From an uncultured Clostridia bacterium (lineage in GTDB: Bacteria > Bacillota > Clostridia > TANB77 > CAG-508), in assembly GCA_947626815.1 (NCBI GenBank), contig CANQTN010000001.1:16483-80482 (forward strand): DNA of 64,000 bases. Direction: 5' to 3'. Positions within the stretch are counted from its first letter, which is position 1. The number at the start of each line of letters is the position of its first letter. Below are positions 20,048-30,249 of the stretch, in pieces. Both the position numbers and the translations under genes were made by a program. Below the pieces are notes generated by a model. It saw only the letters and a list, made by a program, of their open reading frames with translations, had not been told where the DNA came from and searched no databases.

Positions 20048-20659
20048 TTACCTTGTTTTGGCTTTATTTAGTAATTTTGCTATATTAGCTCCTACTTTTG
20101 TGTGTTCTGCATTACTACTCATCAGCTTTCTTTGGTTCATTATTAGTTCTTCAGCATCAGATACCATAATCAAATTACTTAGATCAAAGTTTCTATTATT
20201 ACCATCTGCAAATATTACCTTGTATCCTTTTGGTATTTCTCCATGTGCTTGTTCATATAAATATCTGTGTTTTCTAGTCCAGTTTTTATTTTTATGGCCA
20301 TCTCGTGTTTTTATTAAAATGTATCCATTTTTATCTTCTCTTTCACTTCCTATTGGTCTGCGATTAGGTGGAATGCTGCCCTTTTTAAATGTAGTCTTAC
20401 GGGAATTTTCTTGTCCTTTTGGAGACATATATTCGCTCCATTTTTTACCTTTATTGAAGGAAGTTTGTCCTTTGACAAACTGTCCTCCAACTATTCCACT
20501 TTGAATATTTAATTTTACTTTTCTATTTGAGATGGATGATTCTGATAATTCCAAATTGAATTTATTATTAAACCTTTCAGTAAGTTCTTTCAATGTTATT
20601 CCTTTTACATTATCTATTAAAAATTGATCCTCTATTTTTGAATATTTGTGTCGTATCAT
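20048..20659 (-). CDS. HNH homing-type endonuclease
   Basis: 203 aa; YLYEQAHGEIPKGYKVIFADGNNRNFDLSNL HNH_3-like motif. Confidence 0.65.
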   Translation of the reverse strand: MIRHKYSKIEDQFLIDNVKGITLKELTERFNNKFNLELSESSISNRKVKLNIQSGIVGGQFVKGQTSFNKGKKWSEYMSPKGQENSRKTTFKKGSIPPNRRPIGSEREDKNGYILIKTRDGHKNKNWTRKHRYLYEQAHGEIPKGYKVIFADGNNRNFDLSNLIMVSDAEELIMNQRKLMSSNAEHTKVGANIAKLLNKAKTR

Positions 20660-20943
20660 TTTCCATCTCCTAATTGTAATATATCTGGCATTTTATCTTT
20701 ATTTCCATATTCATCATAGTGTTTAACTGCTTTTAAAGCTAATTCCCCATTATTTATTATTGTTTGTGCAATATTTGCCATAGCTTTTGCTCTTTCTCTT
20801 TCTTCTTCCAATGCTTCGCCTTTTAATTCATCATCGTTAAGTCGTTCTAATTCTTCAAATAAATGGTTGTTTAGATCTGATAATTTATTCTTTGTTCCCA
20901 TTTTCATTTTCCTCCTTTGTTTTTTGTAGTTGGTAACAAACAT
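20656..20943 (-). CDS. hypothetical phage protein
   Basis: 95 aa ORF. Confidence 0.3.
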   Translation of the reverse strand: MFVTNYKKQRRKMKMGTKNKLSDLNNHLFEELERLNDDELKGEALEEERERAKAMANIAQTIINNGELALKAVKHYDEYGNKDKMPDILQLGDGK

Positions 20944-21304
20944 TTTTTACTTCTTTGTATATTTCTTCCGTAGTCCATTTTTTACCACCAGTTTGTAGTT
21001 CTTTTGGAAGTTTTTCTTCATACCCTGCATAATCTCCATAGTGCGTATAATCCCATCCTATAAACCACCCATCTATCTTTTGATTATTTTCTATGTATAA
21101 ATTATTACTTGAATAAGTAATTCCCCCGTGTACATCAATGTCTATTTCTCCCATATCTTTTTTATAATATCTATGATTTTCCGGTATTTTTACATAAGCT
21201 GTAGGATAAGGTCCTAAATTCATAATGTAATATAATAAACCTAAGCAATAACCTGTATCCAGTATTTCTCTTTTGCGTTCTGCTTGGTAGACCATTTCTT
21301 TCAC
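20885..21304 (-). CDS. hypothetical phage protein
   Basis: 139 aa ORF. Confidence 0.3.
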   Translation of the reverse strand: MKEMVYQAERKREILDTGYCLGLLYYIMNLGPYPTAYVKIPENHRYYKKDMGEIDIDVHGGITYSSNNLYIENNQKIDGWFIGWDYTHYGDYAGYEEKLPKELQTGGKKWTTEEIYKEVKNVCYQLQKTKEENENGNKE

Positions 21305-21307
21305 TTG

Positions 21308-21715
21308 CTATTCCTCCTTTATCTTTAAATTAAATTTATCTTCAAAAACTTTCTTTTTGGCTATATATTCTTTGGTCTTGAAGCCTTTTGTATCAATTAT
21401 TTCTGCAGTTCCATCATTGTTAAATACTACAAAATCAGCTTTATATTTAAGTCCTGGCGCTAGTATAAATACAGGCTGCAAACAGAATCCTTTAATGTCT
21501 CCGCCTTGCAGCCTTATTTTTAACTCAGAATAATATTCTGCTTCTTTTTTGCTATCGAAAGTTTGTCCATCTATTGAAGTTTTTACCGCCCCATATTTGC
21601 TTCTTTTTGGTCCTTTTTTTTGATATTCTCTGTATTGATCAATTGACCAATGTTCTTGATTACTCATCTTTTTCCTCACAAAATTCACAATTTTTACACT
21701 CATCCACTTGCTCAT
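21308..21715 (-). CDS. DUF1064-like phage protein
   Basis: 135 aa; YGAVKTSIDGQTFDSKKEAEYYSELK...ADFVV pattern. Confidence 0.45.
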   Translation of the reverse strand: MSKWMSVKIVNFVRKKMSNQEHWSIDQYREYQKKGPKRSKYGAVKTSIDGQTFDSKKEAEYYSELKIRLQGGDIKGFCLQPVFILAPGLKYKADFVVFNNDGTAEIIDTKGFKTKEYIAKKKVFEDKFNLKIKEE

Positions 21716-21798
21716 CTATATCGTAACTATCTGATGGCACATCGCAATTATGATATACCGCTTCAATACATTCTTTTTCGTATCTGCTACAATACATG

Positions 21799-22131
21799 TT
21801 AATCGCCTCCCATTATTTCAATACTTTTGTATGCTTCCTTTACTGAGCCATGTTGTTTTACCATTGGAAGTACCTTCTTCACCCCTGGAAAGTTTTGCTT
21901 GATTGATTCAATTGTACCTTCTAAATACTCTACCATTATTGCTGCTTCAATACTTCCACCAGTTCCGTGTAATATTGAAACTGGCGATTCTTTTAATTCT
22001 TTAGGTATAACGATTTCGCATATTAAACACTCATTGTTTTCTTTAATTTTATTCATCTTTTGCATTTCCTGAATTTGCCTAAAATCCATATTATTTATCA
22101 TTTTTATTTTCCTCCTTCTTTTTTTTGGCAC
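21799..22131 (-). CDS. hypothetical phage protein
   Basis: 110 aa ORF. Confidence 0.3.
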   Translation of the reverse strand: MPKKRRRKIKMINNMDFRQIQEMQKMNKIKENNECLICEIVIPKELKESPVSILHGTGGSIEAAIMVEYLEGTIESIKQNFPGVKKVLPMVKQHGSVKEAYKSIEIMGGD

Positions 22132-22519
22132 ATTTTAAATTTTGTAATACTCTTGGTGTATATTGTCTATTTGCTTGGTTGTTTCTTAATGTTTCAATAT
22201 TTTTAATTGTTATATTTGTTTCTCCAGTAATTCCTTTCATTATGTATTTATTAGTATAAGGCTTTAATGTATTGATAAGTTCTATTTTGTCCTTTATAAT
22301 TCTTCGCTCCTGTAATACCTTTTCCAAATGCGAGTATATTCTACTTCGTTCTCCAATACTTAATTTGCTCAATTCTATTTCGTGAAGTAGATCGTCTCGC
22401 TCGCCCTCTTTGTTATATAAATCCGCCTGTAATTTTTTATCTATATCATCAATATTTTTAAAAAAATAGTTTATATTATTTAATAATTCTAGTGTCTGTT
22501 CCATATTGTCAATCTCCAT
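22091..22519 (-). CDS. hypothetical phage protein
   Basis: 142 aa ORF. Confidence 0.3.
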   Translation of the reverse strand: MEIDNMEQTLELLNNINYFFKNIDDIDKKLQADLYNKEGERDDLLHEIELSKLSIGERSRIYSHLEKVLQERRIIKDKIELINTLKPYTNKYIMKGITGETNITIKNIETLRNNQANRQYTPRVLQNLKCAKKKKEENKNDK

Positions 22520-22617
22520 TATAATTCCACCTTTCCTTTGTATATTTTTTAAGGTTGTGTTTGTTTCTAATATTTAGTAAGTAGCACGCAAATATTATGT
22601 TTACTTGTTTTACATAC

Positions 22618-22789
22618 TTATATGATTTCCTGTTCTTTGCCTAAAATGTTCACAACTTTGAAATAGTCCTTGCGGCTTTTTGGTTAATAAACAATGTGGG
22701 AAATTACTATTTAAAGTTGGTACGCACCACTCGCAATTTTCGCAGGATTTTAACATCCTTGACATTAGTTCGTTTTCTTGTACTGACAT
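22618..22789 (-). CDS. small C4 zinc-finger protein (57 aa)
   Basis: Hand-translated minus-strand ORF MSVQENELMSRMLKSCENCEWC...; below track cutoff. Confidence 0.25.
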
Positions 22790-22790
22790 A

Positions 22791-23744
22791 CTATATATCC
22801 CCCATTTCGTATATTGTATCTATATCAAATTGCGTACTTAATTCTGTTTGATCTAATGCTGATAATATACACTTTTTAAAATAAGCCTTTGGTATTTGTA
22901 TTTTTGATTTTGTATTTGCTATTGCAAAGTTCTTCAAAGCATACAATATATTCTGTATATTTATTGTTTCTATTTTTTCCCTCGTTTCCGGATTCATAAA
23001 CATTTCTTTTAATATTTCGGTAATTTCCATACATAGAGTAGGTTTAAGAATATTTACTATTTCCGCCTTAGATATAATCATTGCAAATTGCTTCTTGTCT
23101 GTCTCATCCATCAAATCATCTAAATTTTTATTTGGTTTATGCTCCTGATTAGAAGGATAGATTGATTTTATGTCATTTATTTTAATTTTATTTAATTTAG
23201 TTTGATTTGATTTTATTTGATTTAATTTGCATTTTTTTGCATATAGTTTTTTTATTTTTGCATTGCTTTTGTATGCACTTGCATTACTTTTGCATATACC
23301 TTTTATGCTTTTGCATTTTTTTGCTTTTTTATTATCACTGTTGTTTTTTTCTTTGGTTTTATTCCATCTTGCATTTGCAGCTTGACTTCTTTTTTCTTTT
23401 ATTTCCTCATATTTTTTCAATCTTCTTAAAAGACTTGCTGACCAAAACATCCTCCCATCGCTATTAAATAGCCCGTTTCCACTTTCATCATCTCTATATT
23501 CATTTATGCAGTCATTTAGGTACTTTTCTACATCAATTGTTGTTCCAGTTTGCATTTTTATTGCCCTATATGTATTTTTATGGAGAGGCAATTTAAAGTT
23601 TGACTCATTTCGTAACATTTCTATAATAGCCCAATATAATCCGTAACTTTCGAACCCATAATCGCATCTCATTGCTAGTATTTTTGGATCCGACAAAGCA
23701 TTTGCATCGTGACTAAAATAATAGACATCTTTTTTATTTGCCAT
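22791..23744 (-). CDS. phage replisome organizer / replication initiation protein (DnaD-type) with internal iterons
   Basis: N-terminus VYYFSHDANALSDPKILAMRCDYGFESYGLYWAIIEMLR typical of phage replisome-organizer N-domain; central low-complexity region with TTGCAT repeats. Confidence 0.55.
   Translation of the reverse strand: MANKKDVYYFSHDANALSDPKILAMRCDYGFESYGLYWAIIEMLRNESNFKLPLHKNTYRAIKMQTGTTIDVEKYLNDCINEYRDDESGNGLFNSDGRMFWSASLLRRLKKYEEIKEKRSQAANARWNKTKEKNNSDNKKAKKCKSIKGICKSNASAYKSNAKIKKLYAKKCKLNQIKSNQTKLNKIKINDIKSIYPSNQEHKPNKNLDDLMDETDKKQFAMIISKAEIVNILKPTLCMEITEILKEMFMNPETREKIETINIQNILYALKNFAIANTKSKIQIPKAYFKKCILSALDQTELSTQFDIDTIYEMGDI
23160..23320. repeat. iteron-like repeats (6 x TTGCAT plus TTTAATTT/GATTTGA repeats) inside replisome-organizer gene; putative phage origin
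   Basis: TTGCAT at 23227,23237,23258,23279,23290,23311. Confidence 0.45.
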
Positions 23745-23913
23745 TATTATTGCCTCCCTTCTCTCTTTCAGCTAATATCGAATACAAAGTAACTTGCTGA
23801 TTCTTATAAATATCATCTAAATATTTATTTTCACAAACCGGGCCAAAACCTCTTTGGATGCTTTTCCAATTTGTTAACTTTTTTCCACATAGTTTACACT
23901 TATAATTATCCAT
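23734..23913 (-). CDS. small zinc-ribbon protein (59 aa)
   Basis: Hand-translated MDNYKCKLCGKKLTNWKSIQRGFGPVCENKY...; RBS GGAGGAAAGG; overlaps organizer start. Confidence 0.3.
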   Translation of the reverse strand: MDNYKCKLCGKKLTNWKSIQRGFGPVCENKYLDDIYKNQQVTLYSILAEREKGGNNNGK

Positions 23914-23925
23914 ACCTTTCCTCCA

Positions 23926-24669
23926 TTAAAATGGATATAACTTTAATTCCATATTTAATCCCGGCTGTGCTATTGTAGTTGGTACCCCTGTATTTTTATA
24001 TACTGTAGATTTCATTATGTCTTGGTTTGAATTTGTATCAGATAAATGGCAAAGAATAATATTTTTCGCATAACTTAAATCGTTTGAAAGTAAAAACTTT
24101 ACCACATTTTCTAAACTAAAATGACTTTCCAAGAGTCTACTATGCCTGGTTTTATTTATTACTCCATTTTTCGAATTTTCTTTTGCAATTTCCTTGTTAT
24201 AGTTGCACTCTATTAGTAAATAATTCAATTTATTAAACTTGTACTTTATATAATATGTGTCTGTGGCATAGAGCAGTTTTTCGCCTGTCGGCTTATATTG
24301 TATTAAGAATCCTAGTGGCTCTGCTGCATCGTGTTGCGTATCGAAAGGAAGTATTGTAAAGTTATCTATTGAAAACTGCTCTAGCGCTTTTATAATTTTA
24401 AATCTATGGCCAGTTAAACTTAATTTTTCTAAAGTACCTTTGGAAGCATATACATTTATTCCATATAGAGCAAAGCTCGGCGCATATTTTAAATGGTCCA
24501 AATGCTCATGAGTTACTAAAACACCTTTGACTCCATCAAAATTAAAATTTAACTCTTTTTGAACATCTTTGAAATTGACACCCGCATCTAATATGAGCTT
24601 GTCTTTTTCCCCTGCTTCTATTAAATAACAATTTCCTTTTGAGCTGCTACCTAATACTTTAAGATTCAT
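23926..24669 (-). CDS. metallo-beta-lactamase-fold hydrolase
   Basis: 247 aa; THEHLDH motif; co-located with RecT. Confidence 0.6.
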   Translation of the reverse strand: MNLKVLGSSSKGNCYLIEAGEKDKLILDAGVNFKDVQKELNFNFDGVKGVLVTHEHLDHLKYAPSFALYGINVYASKGTLEKLSLTGHRFKIIKALEQFSIDNFTILPFDTQHDAAEPLGFLIQYKPTGEKLLYATDTYYIKYKFNKLNYLLIECNYNKEIAKENSKNGVINKTRHSRLLESHFSLENVVKFLLSNDLSYAKNIILCHLSDTNSNQDIMKSTVYKNTGVPTTIAQPGLNMELKLYPF

Positions 24670-25577
24670 TAAAACGATGGCTTTCTTTCTTCTGTATTTT
24701 CATCTATATCTATTGTGTTTTCTTCAGCAGTAGTTTCTTCGCTAGCAGCTGCATCTTCTTCATTATTTTCTATATCGATTAATTCTTTATTAGCCTTTTC
24801 TTCTATTTCGTACTCAACTTCCGCTTCTTTCATTTCTTCATCTGATGTTTCGTAGGCCATTTTTATCATATTTAAATTGCTGTCGTCTTTAGTATTTATG
24901 TAGTATTTACATATTTTATTTATAACTGTTCTTTTACACATATCTTCTGTAAACTGTGAATGAGTGCTATCTTTTCCTTCAGGATTTAGTTTAGATTTTT
25001 TCCATGATGTTTTTATTTGATCTATTGTCATTACAATACTTTCCTCAGTATTGTTTTTATATAAAATCGTTGCGTATGCTCCAACTATGTTGGCCTTATT
25101 TATATTTTCAAAACTTCTAGTATGCGAAGTAATTATTGTTTTTCCTTTATTTATTGATGTTTCTACCTTGTCTCCTTCATAAATTACTTCTGCAGTTATA
25201 TCTTTTATTTCTCCAAATTGTTTAGCCACCGCTATGGATCCGAAATACGACCTCATAAGTGTTAATTGATTTCCAAATGGTATAAAGTAGCATTGGTTCT
25301 TCATCGGATTTAGTCCTTGAATAACCATACTTAGTAAAGCATTTGCTATACTTGGTTGCGTACAGGTTTCTAATGCTAGCTTGCCATTTTTATCTTTAAC
25401 TTCTTGTAACTTTAACCATGCACTTTTTAAAGCATTTTCTGGGCTATAATTTTCCGGAAAGTATATTTGCCCATTGCTTTGAAATTGATGTATTTTATTT
25501 AATACATTGTCTGTAATATTCCTTTCTTCCTTTACAACTAATTGTTTTTCTTCTTTTTTTACTAATTCATTACTCAT
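24669..25577 (-). CDS. RecT-family single-strand annealing recombinase
   Basis: 302 aa; LNPMKNQCYFIPFG core; acidic C-terminal tail. Confidence 0.55.
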   Translation of the reverse strand: MSNELVKKEEKQLVVKEERNITDNVLNKIHQFQSNGQIYFPENYSPENALKSAWLKLQEVKDKNGKLALETCTQPSIANALLSMVIQGLNPMKNQCYFIPFGNQLTLMRSYFGSIAVAKQFGEIKDITAEVIYEGDKVETSINKGKTIITSHTRSFENINKANIVGAYATILYKNNTEESIVMTIDQIKTSWKKSKLNPEGKDSTHSQFTEDMCKRTVINKICKYYINTKDDSNLNMIKMAYETSDEEMKEAEVEYEIEEKANKELIDIENNEEDAAASEETTAEENTIDIDENTEERKPSF

Positions 25578-25579
25578 AA

Positions 25580-25792
25580 TTATTCAACCCCCAATTTTTT
25601 TAAAAATTTCATAAAATTCTCGGCCTGTTCGCCTTCTAATTTACCTACTATTACATTTTTTGAGCCTTCCTGTTTGCTTTCCTCAGTTTCATTATTTACT
25701 TCAGTATCAGCATTTTCCAATGCTGCTCCTGCTACTAACCCTGATATAAAAGCAAGCCCTATTTTTTCTAATTCATTTAAATTTTCTAACAT
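25580..25792 (-). CDS. hypothetical phage protein
   Basis: 70 aa ORF. Confidence 0.3.
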   Translation of the reverse strand: MLENLNELEKIGLAFISGLVAGAALENADTEVNNETEESKQEGSKNVIVGKLEGEQAENFMKFLKKLGVE

Positions 25793-25969
25793 TTACTTTT
25801 CCTCCACTTCCGCATTTTTCTTTATATAATTATAGATATCGTAATATAATTCTCTTAAAGGAATATCCGCTAAATAATCAAGATCTATTTTCTTAACCTT
25901 TACATCGTTTTCCTCCTCATAGTTCTTTATTACTTGTTTTACAAATTTTAAATATATTTCCTCTAGCAT

Positions 25970-26245
25970 TTACTTTTCATTCCTTACTATTAACTTTATG
26001 CCGGTTCTACTCTCTCCTTCTACTTCTACATCAGCAAAGGCCGGTACACAAACTAAATTTATTCCTGATGGTGCTACAAATCCTCTTGCTACTGCAACCG
26101 CCTTTACTGCTTGATTTAATGCAGCTGCTCCTATTGTTTGTATTTCAACATAATCCTGTTCTTTTATTAGCGAAGCTATTGCTCCACCTACACTATTCAC
26201 ATTACTTTTACCTGATACTTTTAAATTCATTTTCTTTTCCTCCAT
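25970..26245 (-). CDS. spoVS: stage V sporulation protein S homologue
   Basis: 91 aa; VGGAIASLIKEQDYVEIQTIGAAALNQAVKAVAVARGFVAPSGINLVCVPAF near-identical pattern to SpoVS; GC visibly above phage background. Confidence 0.75.
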   Translation of the reverse strand: MEEKKMNLKVSGKSNVNSVGGAIASLIKEQDYVEIQTIGAAALNQAVKAVAVARGFVAPSGINLVCVPAFADVEVEGESRTGIKLIVRNEK

Positions 26246-26247
26246 TT

Positions 26248-26574
26248 CTAATCTTCTGATACTGATAAATTGTTTTTATTGCCTCCATATCCGAAACATA
26301 ACTTTCCACCATCACATATTAATGCTAATTCATCGAGTGTAACCTCATCGGGACATTTATAAATTCTATATTCTCCGTGTCCATAGCAGGCCTTTCTTGA
26401 AAAAACTATATCATTTTTTTCTAGTTCCTCTTTTGTTGGAGCTCTATGTTTTGCATCACTAACTTTTAATATTTTGTATTTTTCTTTTAGTTCCTCATAT
26501 ATTTGCATATTGATTTTCATTTTTTCATCTTCATTTTCCGTAAAAGCCCATGATGAATATACTTTCTTTTCCAT
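26248..26574 (-). CDS. hypothetical phage protein
   Basis: 108 aa ORF. Confidence 0.3.
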   Translation of the reverse strand: MEKKVYSSWAFTENEDEKMKINMQIYEELKEKYKILKVSDAKHRAPTKEELEKNDIVFSRKACYGHGEYRIYKCPDEVTLDELALICDGGKLCFGYGGNKNNLSVSED

Positions 26575-28512
26575 CTATATCACCTCGATTCTTAGGCTAG
26601 AATCTGTTGTTACTACTAAACTAATAATTTGTGTGTCTATATTATAAAGTTCATTTATTGACTCTCTATTGTCTATAAATATTGGTGCCGATGTATCATA
26701 AAATTTTATTAAAGTATTTATAATGTCTAACCCTGCAAGTATTTTATGAGCATTATTTACATCTGAGTATGGTACTCCATTTACCAAAGTGTCGCAGCAC
26801 TCTACAAGTCCACCATTTATTTGGGTATCGAATAATCTAAACTTCACTATTTTAAACTTGCTATTTATAGCGCTTTCTAATAGTTCAACCTTGGCCTTTG
26901 TAAATTCTTCTATTGAATATTGCTCTCCTTCTAGTTCTTGTATTTGATTTGAAATACTTTCTTCTTCTTCCTGTAGCTCCGCAATACGCTCTTTTGTTTT
27001 TTCCTGTACATCTCTTTCATTCAAGGTTTTATTTAATTTGTTTATTGCCTCAGATATTTCCATTTTTTTATTTTGTAGAGCAGATGTATCCGCAACTTTT
27101 ATTTTTTTAACAACTTCTGATAGATTTTCAATTTGTTTTAATTTATTAGTATATTCAGGTAATGTTGTTATATCGAAGGAAATATCATTTGCTTTTGCAT
27201 TTTCTAATTCTGCTATTTTATTATTAATGTCTGTTAGCTTTACATTTGCTTCTTCAACTTCTTGTTGTATTTGCTCCCTAGCCTTCGTATTTTCTTCTAT
27301 CCTTAAGTTTATTGCCTGTCCTTCTTTATTTATTGCATCTTGCTGACTCTTTTTATGAGCATTTAGATTATCTTCAAATTGCTTTTTAATTTCCTCAATT
27401 TTGTCTGTTTCATACTCCCTTTTACAAGTTGGACATATAAATGACTCTTGATTAAATTCTAATTTTGTGTTACTAACTTCATCCCATTTTTTATAAAGTT
27501 CTTCCTTTCTGCTTTGATCCTGTTGTATTTTCAATAGTCTATCGTTATTTTCATCCTGCATATTTCTTAATTTTGACTCCAGTATGTTTTTTTCATTTCC
27601 TAAATTAATAATATCTAATGAATACTTTTGAGAGTGTTCGGTTTCTTTCTTTAATTTAAATTCTTCTAATTCACTTTGAGCAGCTGCTAATTCTCCCGCA
27701 ATTTTCATATTTTCTTGTGCCTTGGCCTGCACATTTGTCATTTGCTTTTCAATATCCTGTAGCTGCTGATTTAAATCTTCTTTTTGTTTTTCTATTTGCT
27801 CATAATCAATACTATGTTCCGTTATTAGTGTTTTAGTTAGTTCGTCAATTCTTACTGGGATAGTTTCCTTTTTATTATTTAGGTCCTTAATTTTTGCTTG
27901 CACCACTTTTTTATAATCATCAATTGTCCTTCCAGCTAGTTTATCTTTTAGTTTTTTAAATTCTGCTTTTGAATCCAGGATAGTATCGTCAGAAATTGTT
28001 GTCCCTGATATATTTATTAGTAATTCCCTTCTTTCTGTCCATTTTAATTGGTTATTAAAATATAATGGATCCGTTATCAATTTAAATAGGCTTTCCGGAA
28101 TTAAGTTATTGATTCTTTCTTCATAATCCTTTTTCTTTATAGGAACTTCATCTATTGAATATTCTGTTTCGTGTCCAGAAAACTCCTGGTCTGCCTGACC
28201 TCTTTTCTTTACCCATTTTTCTTTTAACACCTTCTTAAATGTCATATCTACACCATCTATGACTAATATTGCCTCTACTTCGTGTTCTAAAAAATGTATA
28301 GGTGTATTATCTTTATTTAGTGTTTTTATATTGAAGTCTTTTCTATCAGTGCTATCTTTGTCAAAGAATAGCCATTTAAATGCGTCAAATATGGTTGTTT
28401 TTCCTGTAGCATTTGCTCCATAAATATTAGTATTTTGACAATTAAAGTTTATTTCCAATTCTTTTATTCCCTTAAAGTTTTTCAATTTTAAATTAGATAT
28501 TTGTATTTTCAT
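26575..28512 (-). CDS. SbcC/Rad50-like AAA ATPase with coiled coil and zinc hook
   Basis: 645 aa; N-terminal YGANATGKTT Walker A, long coiled coil, CPTCKREY hook. Confidence 0.6.
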   Translation of the reverse strand: MKIQISNLKLKNFKGIKELEINFNCQNTNIYGANATGKTTIFDAFKWLFFDKDSTDRKDFNIKTLNKDNTPIHFLEHEVEAILVIDGVDMTFKKVLKEKWVKKRGQADQEFSGHETEYSIDEVPIKKKDYEERINNLIPESLFKLITDPLYFNNQLKWTERRELLINISGTTISDDTILDSKAEFKKLKDKLAGRTIDDYKKVVQAKIKDLNNKKETIPVRIDELTKTLITEHSIDYEQIEKQKEDLNQQLQDIEKQMTNVQAKAQENMKIAGELAAAQSELEEFKLKKETEHSQKYSLDIINLGNEKNILESKLRNMQDENNDRLLKIQQDQSRKEELYKKWDEVSNTKLEFNQESFICPTCKREYETDKIEEIKKQFEDNLNAHKKSQQDAINKEGQAINLRIEENTKAREQIQQEVEEANVKLTDINNKIAELENAKANDISFDITTLPEYTNKLKQIENLSEVVKKIKVADTSALQNKKMEISEAINKLNKTLNERDVQEKTKERIAELQEEEESISNQIQELEGEQYSIEEFTKAKVELLESAINSKFKIVKFRLFDTQINGGLVECCDTLVNGVPYSDVNNAHKILAGLDIINTLIKFYDTSAPIFIDNRESINELYNIDTQIISLVVTTDSSLRIEVI

Positions 28513-28675
28513 TACTAGCTTGCTCCTTTCTCATTTTAAATAATTTTTCTGCATCCTCCATAGCCTCTAAAAATCCACAGTTTGAGCATATATCTGTTTT
28601 ATTATCTCTTCTTGAAAGTGCAGGTCTTTCTCCAAGCGGTCCTCCACATTTAGGGCATTTTTCCATAAATATCAT
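28493..28675 (-). CDS. small zinc-ribbon protein
   Basis: 60 aa; CPKCGG...CSNCG. Confidence 0.35.
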   Translation of the reverse strand: MIFMEKCPKCGGPLGERPALSRRDNKTDICSNCGFLEAMEDAEKLFKMRKEQASNENTNI

Positions 28676-28680
28676 CCTTT

Positions 28681-29469
28681 CTATAAATACTTTTGGTATC
28701 TTTCACTTATACTACTAATCCATTCTTTATCTATTCTGTCTAGATATGTACTCCACGCATTTTCATAAGTATTCCACCACCATTTTCTACTTTTTAGTGC
28801 ATAAATTAATTGTCTTTGCGGCTTCATCATAAATTTTATATAGGCTCTATCTCCTTTTATATATGCTTCTAAGTTTTCATCTTCAAATATTGTTTCTTTT
28901 TTTATTTCTTTTATTTCTCCCGCAAGTGAAGCCTGATATAGCTTATATATATTGCTGTTTTTTCTCCATTTAAAAGTAGGATAATACTGTTCATATACCT
29001 CTATAAATTTTTTATTATCAATTGTAGCAAGGCTCATAATATCTTTTGTTGGATCTAAATTCAGCTGCATTAGCCTTTTTATTCCGTTTATTATATATTG
29101 GGCCTTTTCTTCTTTAGATTCTTCTTTTTTTGACTTTTCTACCTGTTTTCTTAAATCATCAAACCACTCACAAAACTCGCTTGATAATTTAAGTATTTGA
29201 TCGCTTTTATCCAATTTTTTAGGGTTATATCTAGCTGGTCCAGCTACCATTACACTAACATGTTGTGCTTCATAACTTAATATCTTCGAGCTTCTAGAAT
29301 ATATTTGATCTAATATTTTTTGCTTTTTTATATCAGATATATCCCATTTCATAACTTCTTCAGTATATGATTTATAGCTTGCTGCGGAAAGGTCTCCTCT
29401 GGTACCATTAAAGCTATTGCTATTTGCCATTTGTATTAGTTTTTCATCTAATTCATGTATTGTCAGCAT
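28681..29469 (-). CDS. hypothetical phage protein
   Basis: 262 aa ORF. Confidence 0.35.
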   Translation of the reverse strand: MLTIHELDEKLIQMANSNSFNGTRGDLSAASYKSYTEEVMKWDISDIKKQKILDQIYSRSSKILSYEAQHVSVMVAGPARYNPKKLDKSDQILKLSSEFCEWFDDLRKQVEKSKKEESKEEKAQYIINGIKRLMQLNLDPTKDIMSLATIDNKKFIEVYEQYYPTFKWRKNSNIYKLYQASLAGEIKEIKKETIFEDENLEAYIKGDRAYIKFMMKPQRQLIYALKSRKWWWNTYENAWSTYLDRIDKEWISSISERYQKYL

Positions 29470-29549
29470 TTTTACTCCTCTCTTGATTTCTTTAAATATA
29501 TGTGCTACAATACTTAAAGAAACACTTATATAATCTGTTTTTAATAGAA

Positions 29550-29843
29550 CTATTTTTTACTTTGACGGGTACTAGGTAGTTCTATTATTTTGGCTTTTTC
29601 TTTTTTGTAAAACTCATCAATTTCATCAATGCGTAATTCGTAAATGGTATCCGTACACATTTCTGATATTTTCCTTTTTCTTTGTGTTGGATCCCCACAA
29701 TCATTGCCTTCATTAAGGTCCCTTATTTCTTGTAGTCTGTCGGCCAAGCTGTGTTTTATGTCTTTTATTTCTTTGTCTCTTAATTTTATTGTTTCCTCAA
29801 GTTGCTTAATTTTTAGTGCCTCCTCTGTGTGTTTTCCTCCCAT
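29550..29843 (-). CDS. hypothetical coiled-coil phage protein
   Basis: 97 aa ORF. Confidence 0.3.
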   Translation of the reverse strand: MGGKHTEEALKIKQLEETIKLRDKEIKDIKHSLADRLQEIRDLNEGNDCGDPTQRKRKISEMCTDTIYELRIDEIDEFYKKEKAKIIELPSTRQSKK

Positions 29844-29980
29844 TTTAATTTCCTCCTTTCAATTGATTTAATTTATCTTTCATTGTTTCCAATGTTGATA
29901 ACATATCCTTATATAATTGCTTGTTTTCGGATAAGTCTATACATTCATTCAATAATTCTTGATAATACTTAATCATTAGT

Positions 29981-30247
29981 TTATCCTCCTAATCCTTTAA
30001 TGAAATTAACTATTCCTCGTTTTAGTTTTGTATTTTCAGCAGTTACTATATCTAACTTTAATCCAATTTGATGCCTTTCCTCATGTTCTTTTTTTGCTTC
30101 GTCATAAGACTCTTGTATTTCTTTTTTTAAAGCTTCAATATGAGCTTTCATATTTTGATATTCTTCAATAGTAATTATCATTTCATTTTCACTTATTCTT
30201 GCATTAAATACTACTGATTCTTCATCACATCTTTCATCTTCTTCCAT
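29981..30247 (-). CDS. hypothetical phage protein
   Basis: 88 aa ORF. Confidence 0.3.
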   Translation of the reverse strand: MEEDERCDEESVVFNARISENEMIITIEEYQNMKAHIEALKKEIQESYDEAKKEHEERHQIGLKLDIVTAENTKLKRGIVNFIKGLGG

Positions 30248-30249
30248 GA

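Noticed and set aside
19559-20504. Several plus-strand ORFs (84-168 aa) across the prophage early region
   Set aside because: All overlap minus-strand genes that have RBSs and recognisable domains (for example HNH). The translations are low-complexity F/L/I-rich.
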